Shown one piece after another: positions 40,870 to 54,004 of a DNA stretch of 64,000 bases; the first letter of the stretch is position 1, and each line of letters starts with the position of its first letter. A program made the position numbers and the translations under genes. Below the pieces are notes generated by a model. It searched no databases, had not been told where the DNA came from, and saw only the letters and a list, made by a program, of their open reading frames with translations. The stretch is from NCBI GenBank assembly GCA_964016885.1, contig OZ024741.1:376464001-376528000 (forward strand), in the 5' to 3' direction. The DNA comes from Eledone cirrhosa. Lineage: Eukaryota.

Positions 40870-41523
40870 GGTATATTTTGAGTCCTTCTCAGAAGGATAG
40901 TATAACTTCCATCTAAACGGACATAGGCTACTGAGTTTGAAGAGAGATCCAAATCATCTGCAAAATCTAGATCGGTGACAAGTTCAGCTGGATATCATCT
41001 AATTTGTCTGAGCAGAAGTAGAAATAGCATCCAACTAATCGCCCAAGCCAGGCAGTTTGGAAGCTTTTCAGTGTCTTTTAAAAGCGAAGCACTTGCCGTC
41101 AAACATTCTGTGATCCTCTGTCGGAGATACCAATACGTTCTTTATCCATTTTCTTTAGAGAGAAAAAGTGGTAAGACAGGCTCTTGTGAATCCCAAAATG
41201 TTGGATATCTGGTGGATGCTGTTCTAGAGCGTGGTGATACCCACCTCGAAGTGAGCTGAAACCGGAGGGAAGACTAGGCTGATATCAGTGTAGAGGTGTC
41301 CTCGATATCAAACCAGATACGATCGACAAGATCCCAGACCTCATTCCCTTACCAGTTGGAGTATTACTCCTTCTTGTAGGAAATGAAGGAAAAAAAGTAC
41401 CACAGCCATATGTATGGTAAGACAAAACATTGAGAGCTTTCTGCCCTCAACAGAAGATTGGGATCTACAGTGCCCGCTATGCTTCTAACACCAACACATC
41501 AAAATCCACGACACCACCACCAA
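40870..41523 (-). mobile_element. Decayed LINE reverse-transcriptase fragment
   Basis: Minus strand at ~40945-40980 encodes VTDLDFADDL, the RT catalytic motif. Boundaries are approximate. Confidence 0.5.
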
Positions 41524-41650
41524 CGCTGAACCGGTGCGTACAATGACTCACGTTCTATGCAAATTAGTCTGCCCACTACTAATTTTCATAGAAAAAGCAT
41601 ATAACGATATGTGCTTTTACGATTCTCTAGAGAAGCCGGAAGATGGGTAT

Positions 41651-41693
41651 ATATTGCTGATGAGATGTAATAACATCGAAACTAGTCCAATAT
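41651..41693 (+). ncRNA. Type I minimal hammerhead ribozyme, copy 1
   Basis: ATATTG CTGATGA GATG TAATAA CATC GAAA C TA G TC CAATAT. Cleavage is predicted after C41687. Confidence 0.92.
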
Positions 41694-42121
41694 TCCTGTC
41701 TGGCTCTCTGGAGAATAGAGGAAATGTGTTTCCTTGAAAACCCGTATGACTCTAAAACCCGGTTTGTCTGTTTGTTTACATACAGACTAGCTGGACACTC
41801 ACAGTAAAGTGTCCAGTGAAAAACTCAGTACATATACATATGTATACATGTGTGTATTTATATGCATACTAATATTTCCGTATACATATGTAGATGTACA
41901 CTTTTAACTTAATTGTTTAAGCGTCAGTCATACAAAAGTGAGTTAAAAGCGAAACGAAATTTAATTTCGTTTCGTTATTTGTTTTTATCGTTTCCGCTGA
42001 ACCGGTGCGTACAATGACTCACGTTCTATGCAAATTAGTCTGCCCACTACTAATTTTCATAGAAAAAGCATATAACGATATGTGCTTTTACGATTCTCTA
42101 GAGAAGCCGGAAGATGGGTAT

Positions 42122-42164
42122 ATATTGCTGATGAGATGTAATAACATCGAAACTAGTCCAATAT
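42122..42164 (+). ncRNA. Type I minimal hammerhead ribozyme, copy 2
   Basis: Identical to 41651-41693. Confidence 0.92.
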
Positions 42165-42592
42165 TCCTGTCTGGCTCTCTGGAGAATAGAGGAAATGTGT
42201 TTCCTTGAAAACCCGTATGACTCTAAAACCCGGTTTGTCTGTTTGTTTACATACAGACTAGCTGGACACTCACAGTAAAGTGTCCAGTGAAAAACTCAGT
42301 ACATATACATATGTATACATGTGTGTATTTATATGCATACTAATATTTCCGTATACATATGTAGATGTACACTTTTAACTTAATTGTTTAAGCGTCAGTC
42401 ATACAAAAGTGAGTTAAAAGCGAAACGAAATTTAATTTCGTTTCGTTATTTGTTTTTATCGTTTCCGCTGAACCGGTGCGTACAATGACTCACGTTCTAT
42501 GCAAATTAGTCTGCCCACTACTAATTTTCATAGAAAAAGCATATAACGATATGTGCTTTTACGATTCTCTAGAGAAGCCGGAAGATGGGTAT

Positions 42593-42635
42593 ATATTGCT
42601 GATGAGATGTAATAACATCGAAACTAGTCCAATAT
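42593..42635 (+). ncRNA. Type I minimal hammerhead ribozyme, copy 3
   Basis: Identical to 41651-41693. Confidence 0.92.
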
Positions 42636-43063
42636 TCCTGTCTGGCTCTCTGGAGAATAGAGGAAATGTGTTTCCTTGAAAACCCGTATGACTCTAAAAC
42701 CCGGGTTGTCTGTTTGTTTACATACAGACTAGCTGGACACTCACAGTAAAGTGTCCAGTGAAAAACTCAGTACATATACATATGTATACATGTGTGTATT
42801 TATATGCATACTAATATTTCCGTATACATATGTAGATGTACACTTTTAACTTAATTGTTTAAGCGTCAGTCATACAAAAGTGAGTTAAAAGCGAAACGAA
42901 ATTTAATTTCGTTTCGTTATTTGTTTTTATCGTTTCCGCTGAACCGGTGCGTACAATGACTCACGTTCTATGCAAATTAGTCTGCCCACTACTAATTTTC
43001 ATAGAAAAAGCATATAACGATATGTGCTTTTACGATTCTCTAGAGAAGCCGGAAGATGGGTAT

Positions 43064-43106
43064 ATATTGCTGATGAGATGTAATAACATCGAAACTAGTC
43101 CAATAT
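43064..43106 (+). ncRNA. Type I minimal hammerhead ribozyme, copy 4
   Basis: Identical to 41651-41693. Confidence 0.92.
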
Positions 43107-43328
43107 TCCTGTCTGGCTCTCTGGAGAATAGAGGAAATGTGTTTCCTTGAAAACCCGTATGACTCTAAAACCCGGTTTGTCTGTTTGTTTACATACAGAC
43201 TAGCTGGACACTCACAGTAAAGTGTCCAGTGAAAAACTCAGTACATATACATATGTATACATGTGTGTATTTATATGCATACTAATATTTCCGTATACAT
43301 ATGTAGATGTACACTTTTAACTTAATTG

Positions 43329-43435
<107 letters not shown>

Positions 43436-43759
43436 CGTAAAATAAGAAAATTATAAAATTAACTTACTTACTAAAATTATATTTATTCTAAAAGTATATT
43501 TATTCCATTTCAGAAACTAATTAGTTGGGAGTGAAATTTTAGTAAGTAAGTTAATTTTATAATTTTCTTATTTTACGTCTCTCATATTATTGTTCTGCAA
43601 CCCCATGCATTGAACCACAAAGTTACTAAGACAAAACCTATATATTTGCTAGCATTGATATGCATCTGTATGTATATATATGTTACTAGATATTAATTCT
43701 TTATATATATATATATATATACATACATACATACATACATACATACATACATACATACA

Positions 43760-43790
<31 letters not shown>

Positions 43791-44888
43791 CTGCATGTTT
43801 TGGGGGCCATTATGGATCCAAGCGCGCTAGCATATGAGAAATCCCTGAGTGTAAAATGTTCTATTGAAGAGGTTTTGAAAACTATCAACTTCCGTTGCAG
43901 AATGATGATCCCCAGTAACATTGAATAGCTTTGATTTGTAGAATTGACATACCACCAGATTTGGATAAAAACTATTATTTCATGAGATACTTTAACACAG
44001 TTAAACCTGTCCCACTGATTAGGCCATCAGCCATTCTCCGTTTATCTCAACTGTTTCCCATTTACTATAGTTTTTAGTTAAAACATTTACAGGGCCGAGT
44101 AGCACTGATGAGACCTGAGCAATGAAATCCACCACAGGTTTAACAGCTGACAATATACTTTGAGACAAGTACTAGTCTGGTTAATTTTGATTCATGAAGA
44201 ATCACTCAAACCAAGAACGGCATCTTCCACATCTGTGGTTTTGCCAAACACAACACATTCCTTTGCATATTAAGCTCTTAAATTCGACATCTGTGTCCGG
44301 GATGAGAGAACATATAAATGAAGTCCTCTATCCATGAGTCCATTATCAATGAGTTAGCAATAACTCATATAGCCTGTGTAATACGATATTGACGTAATCT
44401 TCATTATGTGATGAAACTAAAATTAAGTAATCGGAAGTGATTTATTCGGTTGATATGAAGGGGAACATTCATATGACTTGAAGAGATTTAATCATAAAGG
44501 CACACTTCATTACTAATTGAGAAATTGACGAGGTCCTGTCTGCTATTGATGGTATATGAGGTTATTAAATTTAAGTCGGGAAGCTGCGATTCAAATTAAT
44601 AACTAACTACGGGCTTTCATCGGGAATATAAAATTGATTGAGTGCCCATAAAATTAGCAAACAATACGCAACATCATATGATGGAGACTGCTAGTTACCA
44701 CAAACTTCCCTATTCCACACACATACACACATCCATACACCAACACCCAAAACACAAACACACACACACACACACATATATAATATCTATCTATATGTCT
44801 ATATAGCCATACATACATAGATATATGTATGGGCATATATACATATATATATATATATATGTGTGTGCGCGCGTGTGTGTGTACACAC

Positions 44889-44919
<31 letters not shown>

Positions 44920-45336
44920 TATATATATACACATATATATACACACACACACACATATATATATATATACACACACACATATATACATATGTGTATATAT
45001 ATATATATTAAATATAATTATATACATAGATCTCATGTAACACATTCTTATTCTACAAACTTGTATATGTATGATTTAACAATGTATTCGCAATATATAC
45101 ATATATTGTTATGGCTATTGAGGATGAAGGTGAATTGAGGCATTATGCAGATATTAACTTCCAAATCTTAGCGTCTTCGATATTAAGCAATATTTAGTGC
45201 CATGTGTCATATTAACACTGCTACGTTAATGGCAGCATAGGAAATGAAAATTGTTACATATGCGGGTACTGAAATATTTTAAAGTGGATCCCAACTAAAT
45301 GTTACACTTGTCAGGAGTATTATAACATATAACCTG

Positions 45337-45425
<89 letters not shown>

Positions 45426-45438
45426 TCATTCATGCATG

Positions 45439-45478
<40 letters not shown>

Positions 45479-46372
45479 TGCGTGTATGCATACATAAACG
45501 GATTTTGTACTCATTAAGCTGAAGTAATATATCACGGCATATACATTGCTAAGTCACTTGAGCACTAGATCTAATTACTATTAGCTATTTAATGGTCATC
45601 CATTCATTGATTATGGTAATATATAGGGGTCTAATTTGCTAGTTTAGTGGTTAAAAGGAAATGTATGTATTTAGTAGAATCTATTATTTAAAAAGCTGGT
45701 TCTTTATGACCTCTTAAATACGTTATCTTTTTTATTTGCTAATAAGCTTCATTCATTCCCGGAAACAGGTGTGATTAATGCTGTTAGACGACTGCAGTAA
45801 AGACGTGTGTAGCCTAGAAAGTCTAGTGATTGGGTCTATTGGTCTATAGAGATACATGTATCTGGCTTGGTTTTTAGTGAGTGATATGGGGTAACAAATA
45901 ACATGCATGATCAGCTGAGTCGAGTGCACATCTGGATTGACGAATCTCTTGTACGTAGGGTGGAGTGGAAGTCATGTAAATCTCACGAGTGATCTTTCTC
46001 TTGATCAAATCTGATTTGCCTCTGAATATTTATCGATGTGTGTGTAGGAACATTACAGTCTCACATCTGGGAGGAGCTCTTTGATTGTGCTTTATTGAAT
46101 ATTAGTAGTAACTAGACCTCCCGTGACCCGTTGGATCACGTTTACTCCAAAATATCTTTTTAAAATCATGTTCACTTAAAAATCATTTTTAAATAATTAA
46201 AATATACACAGACATGTATATAATATGAAATAAAACTGGAAGGCCAATATATATATATGTGCGTGTATGTATATATATATAAATATATATATACACATAT
46301 ATATATGTGTTTGTGTGTATATATATGAGGGTGTCTGTGATCTATATATACACTGGTCATAGACACACACAT

Positions 46373-46790
46373 ACCTTTTGGTTGTCCATCGTAAACGATG
46401 TTGACATCTTCTTCATTGTTGTTCCCGTCTGCCGTGGGCGCGAAGGTAGCTGTGGGGGCCGATCCTTGACTTGCAGGTACAGGGAGAGTGGGGGCACGCT
46501 AAAGACCGTCACGACCAGCGACTTTCTTGGCTGCAGTGGATGGCCACGACGTCTGTAGTGGCTTGCCGTGCCCTAGCGCTCCACACCGCTTGCTGTCGCC
46601 GCCTCCGTGACCGTTGGGACAATGTTGTCCTCCTCCACTCACTCCGCCGGGTCCAGTCTTCGCATGCAAGGGTAGGTATCCCCTATCTAACTCTCCGGAG
46701 GGTTTCAGACCCGTCCGGCTACCTGTCCGGCTACCTGTTTCGGCCCGCCAGCCAAGGCGGTTTACCGGGGTGTGGCCGATGTCGCATGCT
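46373..46790 (-). mobile_element. Bipartite non-autonomous RTE derivative (5' UTR joined to 3' end)
   Basis: The minus strand has an RTE-5'UTR-like CCTACCCTTGCATG..CTGGACCCGGCGGA..GTCCCAACGGTCA segment. It is followed directly by CPHSPCTCKSRIGPHSYLRAH and the ATCGTTTACGATGGACAACC end. Confidence 0.55.
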
Positions 46791-46813
46791 CATGCTACAC
46801 ACATACACACACG

Positions 46814-46849
<36 letters not shown>

Positions 46850-48625
46850 CAAACAACACTACCAGCTCTCTCTCTTCCATTCTCCTTCTCTGTCTCTTCT
46901 CCCTCTCCCTATTTCTCTCTTTCAATCTACTCTCTCACAACCACTATTTCGTTCTCTCTATCTTTCTCTCTCTCTGTTCATGAATGTATCCCGGGAACCC
47001 GTGCTTCGATTTACGCGAAACTTGTTTTATTCCATTTGTATTCCAATTTCAGAGTCAACTTCCTTTCAAAGTATATTCCCTTTATGCGACCTTTACGCTG
47101 TATTACATTGTAGACAATCCAGCAAGCAATCACAGACTTTTAGTAATGTATAGATTTAGGCTGGGATAATTTCTTGATTCTGAAGACGAACAACAGTATT
47201 TTGGATGTGGTATTTCTACTTTATGAACGTACATTGATCAGGAATAGCGTTAAGATCATGTTGAAATGTGGGGCTGCGATGAGGAATTTATTGAAATGTG
47301 GAGTATATGTTTGTTGCTTTTCTATTTCCTCTGGCTTTTGACGGAGGCAGGCCTAGCATGAATAAATTAAACATTCTGATTAAGGACTGGGTTCAAATGT
47401 GTTGCGGACTAGTGGCATCTTTCTACGATTGTACACTACTGGTAGCAACGGCAACAATTTTGTTTATTTATAAGAGAGATACGGTTGGAAGGGGACAAAA
47501 CGATAGATCATCCTAGTGTAGGTGCAATGTAGGTAAGACCAACATCAGAGGACGCTGCGACAGTGTAAGCTATTTAAAAGAATGTATTTTGTCTACTTAG
47601 TCCAGTAGTCATTTATTTATTTCTATTGTATATCCACCTTAGTTGATCACAGTAGAGGTTTCAAACCCGGAGAAACAAGTAACTTTTCATGATTCAATTC
47701 TGATCACTGTATAAGACATTCTTAAGGTTATTTGAAGGAATAACGTCGGTTGCAACTTCATTGATTCACAGCAACTACGCTGTTTTCTAGAGAGATTTTA
47801 AAAGTATTTTTCATTAATTCTGATGACTTGTATAACAACATATTTCCCTAATGTAATTAGGATTAAGAGGTTAATAAATTAGAATCATAGAAGAGTAAGA
47901 TGCAATAATACATCTGGGATTTGAATCACAAAACAGGGAAACACAAAATAACTATTTTCGATGTGCTCCATGGTTTATATACGTATTCAAAAATAGCTTC
48001 TTGGCAATACACTTGTTTAAACAGTGCTATCTATAAAATTAGTAAGCTATTTTAGTTGTTTTTAACTTTACTTGCGATATATTTGTGAAATATACAGTGG
48101 TCACTTTCTTAGTTCTGTGATACACTCAACTGAAAACTTATTATCAGTTAGGTAGACTAGGCAGTAAAATCTAGAATGCTGTCCATTGACAGTACTACTT
48201 ATTAGTGATAAAATACATACTGCTGACAATTCATTTCAAGCGTGATGACATTTATTTTGCTTGGTCGTCATTCAGCTTTTATTACAAATACCTACATAGG
48301 CGTTCAAGCGGATTTTGATATATTTTTATATTAGCACATATATTTCAAATCTCAATAGTCAGTATATTCAAATAACCAACCGTATCATATCATAGGAAGA
48401 TTTAATTTATTCCACAGAACTTATAAAGAAGGTCTGCTCATTAGGAACCAATTGCAAGATTACTAGCTATAGAAACAACATGATAATCTGAGCAGAATTC
48501 TCATCATATACGCACACACACAAACGCACGAACACACATATATTTGAATATATATGAATATATATGACATTGAATTATTGAATTAGAGCTTAACAAACGC
48601 ACTCATTTACACACAAACACGTATA

Positions 48626-48714
<89 letters not shown>

Positions 48715-48784
48715 GCGATGAATTAGTTTTGCAAGGTTTTTTATATGAAATCGTGTGTCGAAACAAATATTGTTATACTTGGTG

Positions 48785-50560
48785 AGGGTCATATTTGTGT
48801 AATATTGCCAGAATTAATAACAGAACACACTCACTGTTTGGTTGGTTTTAGCTTTTCGCTTCTGTGTCTTTTATATCGGTAATCTAATTTATTTGGTCCT
48901 CAATGTTACCATTGACTGACCGACGGTCAAAAATAATACAGATACAATATAGACACAAACACATATATATAGTTTATCAAAGTTCTTTCGTTACACATCT
49001 GCAACATCGTCAGTGCTGCTATTGTTTCCTCCCGTTACATTGTATGTCTACGCCATTTTTATTTAGTCTGTCTATATATTTATTTATTTATTTGTTTGTT
49101 TGTTTATTTTAATTTGTCTTCTTTGCGCATGCGTTTGCGTGTGTGTATAGTGTTTTGTTTGATGTGTGTTTGTGATTGGGTGACTAGTGTGTGTTTATAT
49201 GTGTTTGTTGTTATTGTGCTTGTGTATGTATTTATTTATTTATTTATCTATTTATTTATTTATTTATTTATTTATACTTCTCTTAGGTCAGTGTTGTTTG
49301 TTTGGGTTTTGTTGTTATTCCATTCATTCTTTCTGTTTAGTCTTGGCCTTCTAAGTTCTATTTCACTGGCCTCTCTGATTTACCTATCTGCTGGGTCATT
49401 TCTATGTTTAGATATTATTCTAATTTCTATGTTGTCTATGTTACCGTCGTGTTGTTGTCTGGCATGTTCGTATAGTACTGACCCGTTTTTTCGTCCTTTT
49501 AGTTCCCCCCAGTGTTGGTCTATCCTTTCACCTATACTAGGAGCTGTCTCGCCTATGTATGTTGTTGTCATGTTTCTGCAAGTACCCTGTGTACATCTTA
49601 TGCTATAGACTACGTTTCTAGTTTTACAGTTTATCCGGGGGTTTACCTTACATATGATACATTTCCTATTAGTACAGTGGGTTTTCTTAAAAGGGTAGGT
49701 TTTGCTGATCAGGGATTTTATGGTGGTTCCTGGCTTTTCTACCACCTTAATCTTTAAGTGGGTCTTTCTCAGGGCCTTTCTACACTGGTTCGCTAATTTC
49801 CCTCCAGGGGTAGCGTCCACAAACATGACACTCTGGTATCTCTGGTTGTCGTACCATGAGGTGGCTTTCCCTATCTTATGTCTAGCCCTATCTAAGCTAT
49901 TCCATTATATTCTCCTGTATAATGGGCAAATTCCTTTCATGCCCAGTTCTATGAGGGTCTTATACTTCTCCATGGCTCCTTCGTATAGTCTGACTCTGTC
50001 TCTTTGGTTGTAGCCAGAGAACTGCATGCGGTTGATGAAGTGTTGGATGTGTCTTTCCATTTCTGTTGGGTCGCACACGCGGGACACATTCTTCATCACT
50101 CGTACCAAATCTGCGATCAGAATATTAAACTTAGCACTACTGGACATTGCTGAGTTTTTGAGTATCAGGTATTTGGAGGCCTTGGGTTTAGCATAGTGTG
50201 AGTGGAGAATTTGGGCTCTCTCATTTATAGTGTTAATCCAGAGTTCCGTGTCTAATACAGGTAGTCTATTGTTAGGGTGTTTGGAAGGGAAGTCGATAGT
50301 TACAGTTATACTCTGGTGTATGGAATTAGCTATCTGCTGGATGCTTTCCATTGTGCTACGTTCTAAATCAAACTTGTTAGTGCTCTCTAGTGGGGATGTT
50401 CTTATAACTATATTGATATCGTCTACGTAACGAGAGTACATGATGAGGTCTATGGAGCTCTCATTAAGGAGATCTTTAAGTCTCCTTTCCCACCATACCA
50501 TGAAAGGGTTGGCAATATCACCAGCTATGCTGACGCCAATGGCTGCTCCCTCATTTTCTA
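48785..50560 (-). mobile_element. 5'-truncated Penelope-like element (RT + GIY-YIG)
   Basis: ORF 49905-50576 gives GAAIGVSIAG..., RYVDDI and LPVLD. ORF 49380-49826 gives VVYSIRC...YIGET...R..QH. Confidence 0.92.
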
Positions 50561-50561
50561 T

Positions 50562-50622
50562 TATTCTATTATACATGTTTCAAGGGTACTAAAATTTTAG
50601 TACGCTTTCGTCAGATAAAATA
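50562..50622 (-). ncRNA. Type I hammerhead-like motif abutting the Penelope 5' truncation point
   Basis: Minus strand reads TATTTTAT CTGACGA AAG C GTACTAAAATTTTAGTAC C CTT GAAAC ATGT ATA ATAGAATA. Confidence 0.6.
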
Positions 50623-50751
50623 TGATATTTTGTGTTAAGATAGTGACATACCTTCGTGTGATCTTAATGGTATAAGCCCACTAAAGGCATATATATATAT
50701 ATATATATATAAGAGAGAGAACGAGAGAGAGATGGAAAGGGGGGGGTAGAG

Positions 50752-50754
<3 letters not shown>

Positions 50755-50848
<94 letters not shown>
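50755..50848. repeat. (GA)n microsatellite
   Basis: Directly visible. Confidence 0.95.
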
Positions 50849-50977
50849 TGTAGTAAAATCCCACAACTCCGCCAAGCTGTTTCAGCACCACAGTGTTTCT
50901 TTCTCTCTCGCACTAATTCTGTCTGTTTGTCTCTCTCTCCCCTCTCTCTAAATATATATATAAAAATAAATAAATAA

Positions 50978-51014
<37 letters not shown>

Positions 51015-51054
51015 CGAAACATAAGTTAATTGCGTGAACTCATAACCCTTATTT

Positions 51055-51110
51055 ACTGCTATATATATTTCGATGATAGCCATTGAATGCCTATGACCTC
51101 ATCAGTCAGT
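51055..51110 (-). ncRNA. Hammerhead motif, third copy of the 8325 family
   Basis: ACTGCTATATATATTTCGATGATAGCCATTGAATG..TATGACCTCATCAG. Confidence 0.6.
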
Positions 51111-51206
51111 TAGTCAGTTCTTAGATATGCCAGCTCTGTGGTTATGGTGTTGATAGTATCAGAGCCTTGGGACATATGTGTAAACATATATTTAAATGAG
51201 AGTATG

Positions 51207-51306
<100 letters not shown>

Positions 51307-51699
51307 TATTGAAGTTTGCTTGAAGCATTGTGGAACAATAAGTAAATATCTTTAAGTCGTTTGGAAGCCTCGATAATGCAAATGGGTAAATCTCCGGGTA
51401 ACAAGGTCCGGTGGTGGAGAGAGAGATGTAAGTGGGTGTACGTTGAGATGCGTGTTGTGTATAAGATGTGTGAGATGTGTAGAATGAAGGGAAAGTATAA
51501 AGGATAAAATTAAAATAACAACACAAGAGAGAGTTACCTTGGGAGAGATTTAATACTCCCTATATATTTCGGATTCACATCCATCAACTGGGGGTTTTTC
51601 CGGGATGGGGGAAAAGGTTGTCTGTCGGACAAGTCCGGAACACGTCCTTCGCTGTTTGTTGTTTTGAATATCTGAGGTATTCGGCAGAGCGCGCGTGCG

Positions 51700-53225
51700 C
51701 GTGAAATGGGGTCGGTCGTACAGAGGTCAGCGGCCGAATGAGGGAGTGGGATGGCACTAGCTGTCAGTTCATTCTCTGCCTGTTTGTTAAATGTTACTGT
51801 GTGTGTGTGTGCGTGTGTTGTTGTCTCGCTTGAGTGTGTGTGTGTGTGCGTGTGTTGTTGCCTTGTTCCTCTGTATGGGCAGTGTAGTATATTCGTATGG
51901 TGGAATGCTACTGTGTGTGTGTCCGTGTGTGTGTGTAGTTGTCTCGTTTGCGTGTGTGTGTGTGTGCGTTAGTTGTGTGTTGTTGCATCGCTTGTTAACT
52001 TAAACCAGCCATCTCATTTCGCTTCTCTCTGATCGGTTGTGTATTTGCTGTTGTAGTCGTTTGATAAAAAGCGCTTCCTTGATACGTAAAGTGCCGACGT
52101 TTCTTTCAGTCGCTAGAATTGTGACAATGGGCCTTCCGTCTTTGTTTCCGCATTTGTCTATGTATTTCCGGAAAGACGAGGCCCTGGTTTTAGTGTGTTC
52201 CTTGATCCGGATGTGCAAAGGTCGAATTGTGCTACCTATGTAGTATTGGTTGCACCTGTCACATTCTATCTTATACAAGACGTATGTGCGTAGGCAACAG
52301 TTCGCATGGAGTATCGGGCAGTCTCTGAGGGGGCATGCGTCAGTAGATTTTTCGGGTTTCCTGGAGAGGGATCTTCGCAGGGAGGGGCCCGAGTGGGCCA
52401 GGTGGATGTCGAGGCACTCCCTCCGTATAGCCTTGCGGATAGCGTTGGTGGTTTTCTCGCCCAGGTGTGGAATTTTAAGGAAGCACTTGCCTTGGGTGCT
52501 TCTCTGTCTCTTGCGTCTGGTGTCTCCTATTCTGTCTGAGATCGAGGTAGGGTACCCGTTCGTCTCCAGTACCTCGAGGAATCGCTTGGTATGAGCGACA
52601 CCACTCGCGGGATCGCTGCATCTGTTTTTGATTCGCGCGATCTCGTTCGTGATGTATCCTCTTTTGGCACTGTTAGGGAGGGCGGACTTGTAGTGAACGA
52701 ATAGGTCCCTGCAGGCTGCCTTTCAATAGAAGTTGCAGTGGATTCTTCCCTGTTCCGTGATGTTGATTCGGAAGTCGAGGAGGGCAAGTGACCCGTCTTC
52801 GTTGGGGTGTTCAACACTGAAGTCAATGTTCTCGTCCGTGTTGTTGAACGTCTCATAGAATCTGTTCGCCGTGTCTTGGGAAGATGTGAGGATGAGGATA
52901 TCGTCCACGTCCCTTGAGAAAAAGGCTACGGTGTTGGGGTGGCAGGCGTTGAGTGCCTTGCGTTCGAGGTTGTCCATGTAAGAGATCGCTAGCACACCTG
53001 ATAGGCTTGATCCCATGGGCAATCCCGAGGTCTGTTGGTATATTTGGTCAAGGAATCCGAAGTAGGTGTTGTCGACGACGATGGATAGGAGTTGGTGGAT
53101 GTCAGTGGTGGTGAGCCCGAAGCAGTGTTGGTCGATGGATTGGACGCGTTCCATTAGTATATTGACGGCCGGGAGTGCCGGGACCGATGTGTAGAGAGCG
53201 ACTACATCAAGGTTGAAGGCGCATC
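51700..53225 (-). mobile_element. 5'-truncated Penelope-like element (RT + GIY-YIG), frameshifted
   Basis: FNLDVVALYTSVP, YQQTSGLPMGSSLSGVLA, RDVDDIL and LALLD in RT; YKIECDRCNQYYIGSTIRPLHIRIKEH in the endonuclease. Related to 10095-11400. Confidence 0.92.
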
Positions 53226-53667
53226 TGTATATATATATATATATATAAACATACATACTCTCATTTACATATATATTTATGCATAAATATGTATACATTG
53301 ATTGTATACATTCTAGTTTCCACTCTCTATAAGAATGATTGTATTTCCAATGGTGATTTAACTCTCTCTGGTTCCTAATGTGATTCCAATTTATTTTAAA
53401 CCTTTTACATCTCAGGAAAAATATGACTTATATTGAACAATTCTAATTTCACACATCCTGAGTTCATATTCTGCATGACTTAATTACATCGTATTCATAT
53501 AATTAAATCATAAATCTACTGTTAATATCGAGCGCATTCCATAAGACTCCGGTAAGACATATACCACTTTATAGATATGATCACTTCGTACATAATACAT
53601 AACATTTCAAGCGAAACATATTAGTGTTCTTTTGCACTGAATAACCCTCCATCAAAACAATTCTGGG

Positions 53668-53706
<39 letters not shown>

Positions 53707-53747
53707 CTAAATATATATATATGTGTGTATACATATATGTATGTATG

Positions 53748-53817
<70 letters not shown>

Positions 53818-53961
53818 TGTGGTAAGGAACTAGATGGACCATAACGCTCCAGAGTACTCAATACTTAGGGTAGTAGGAGTGGGTAATAGGAAAATGATTA
53901 TTTCTGGACTCCAGAAATAGCCGTCGATACGGCTTGGGTTCTGCGGTTGGGGTTAAAAATT

Positions 53962-54004
<43 letters not shown>

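Noticed and set aside
41860-41935. Second, antisense hammerhead in the 471-bp unit (minus CTGACGC ... GAAATATTA)
   Set aside because: A9 of the core is missing and stem I does not pair, so there is no support for an ambisense viroid-like ribozyme.
44103-44140. CTGATGAGAC...GAAATCC as a hammerhead
   Set aside because: No convincing stem II or III and no NUH site followed by a stem I partner.
46110-46142. Possible Helitron 3' end (ACTAG plus hairpin)
   Set aside because: I could not identify a matching 5' TC terminus or a second copy.
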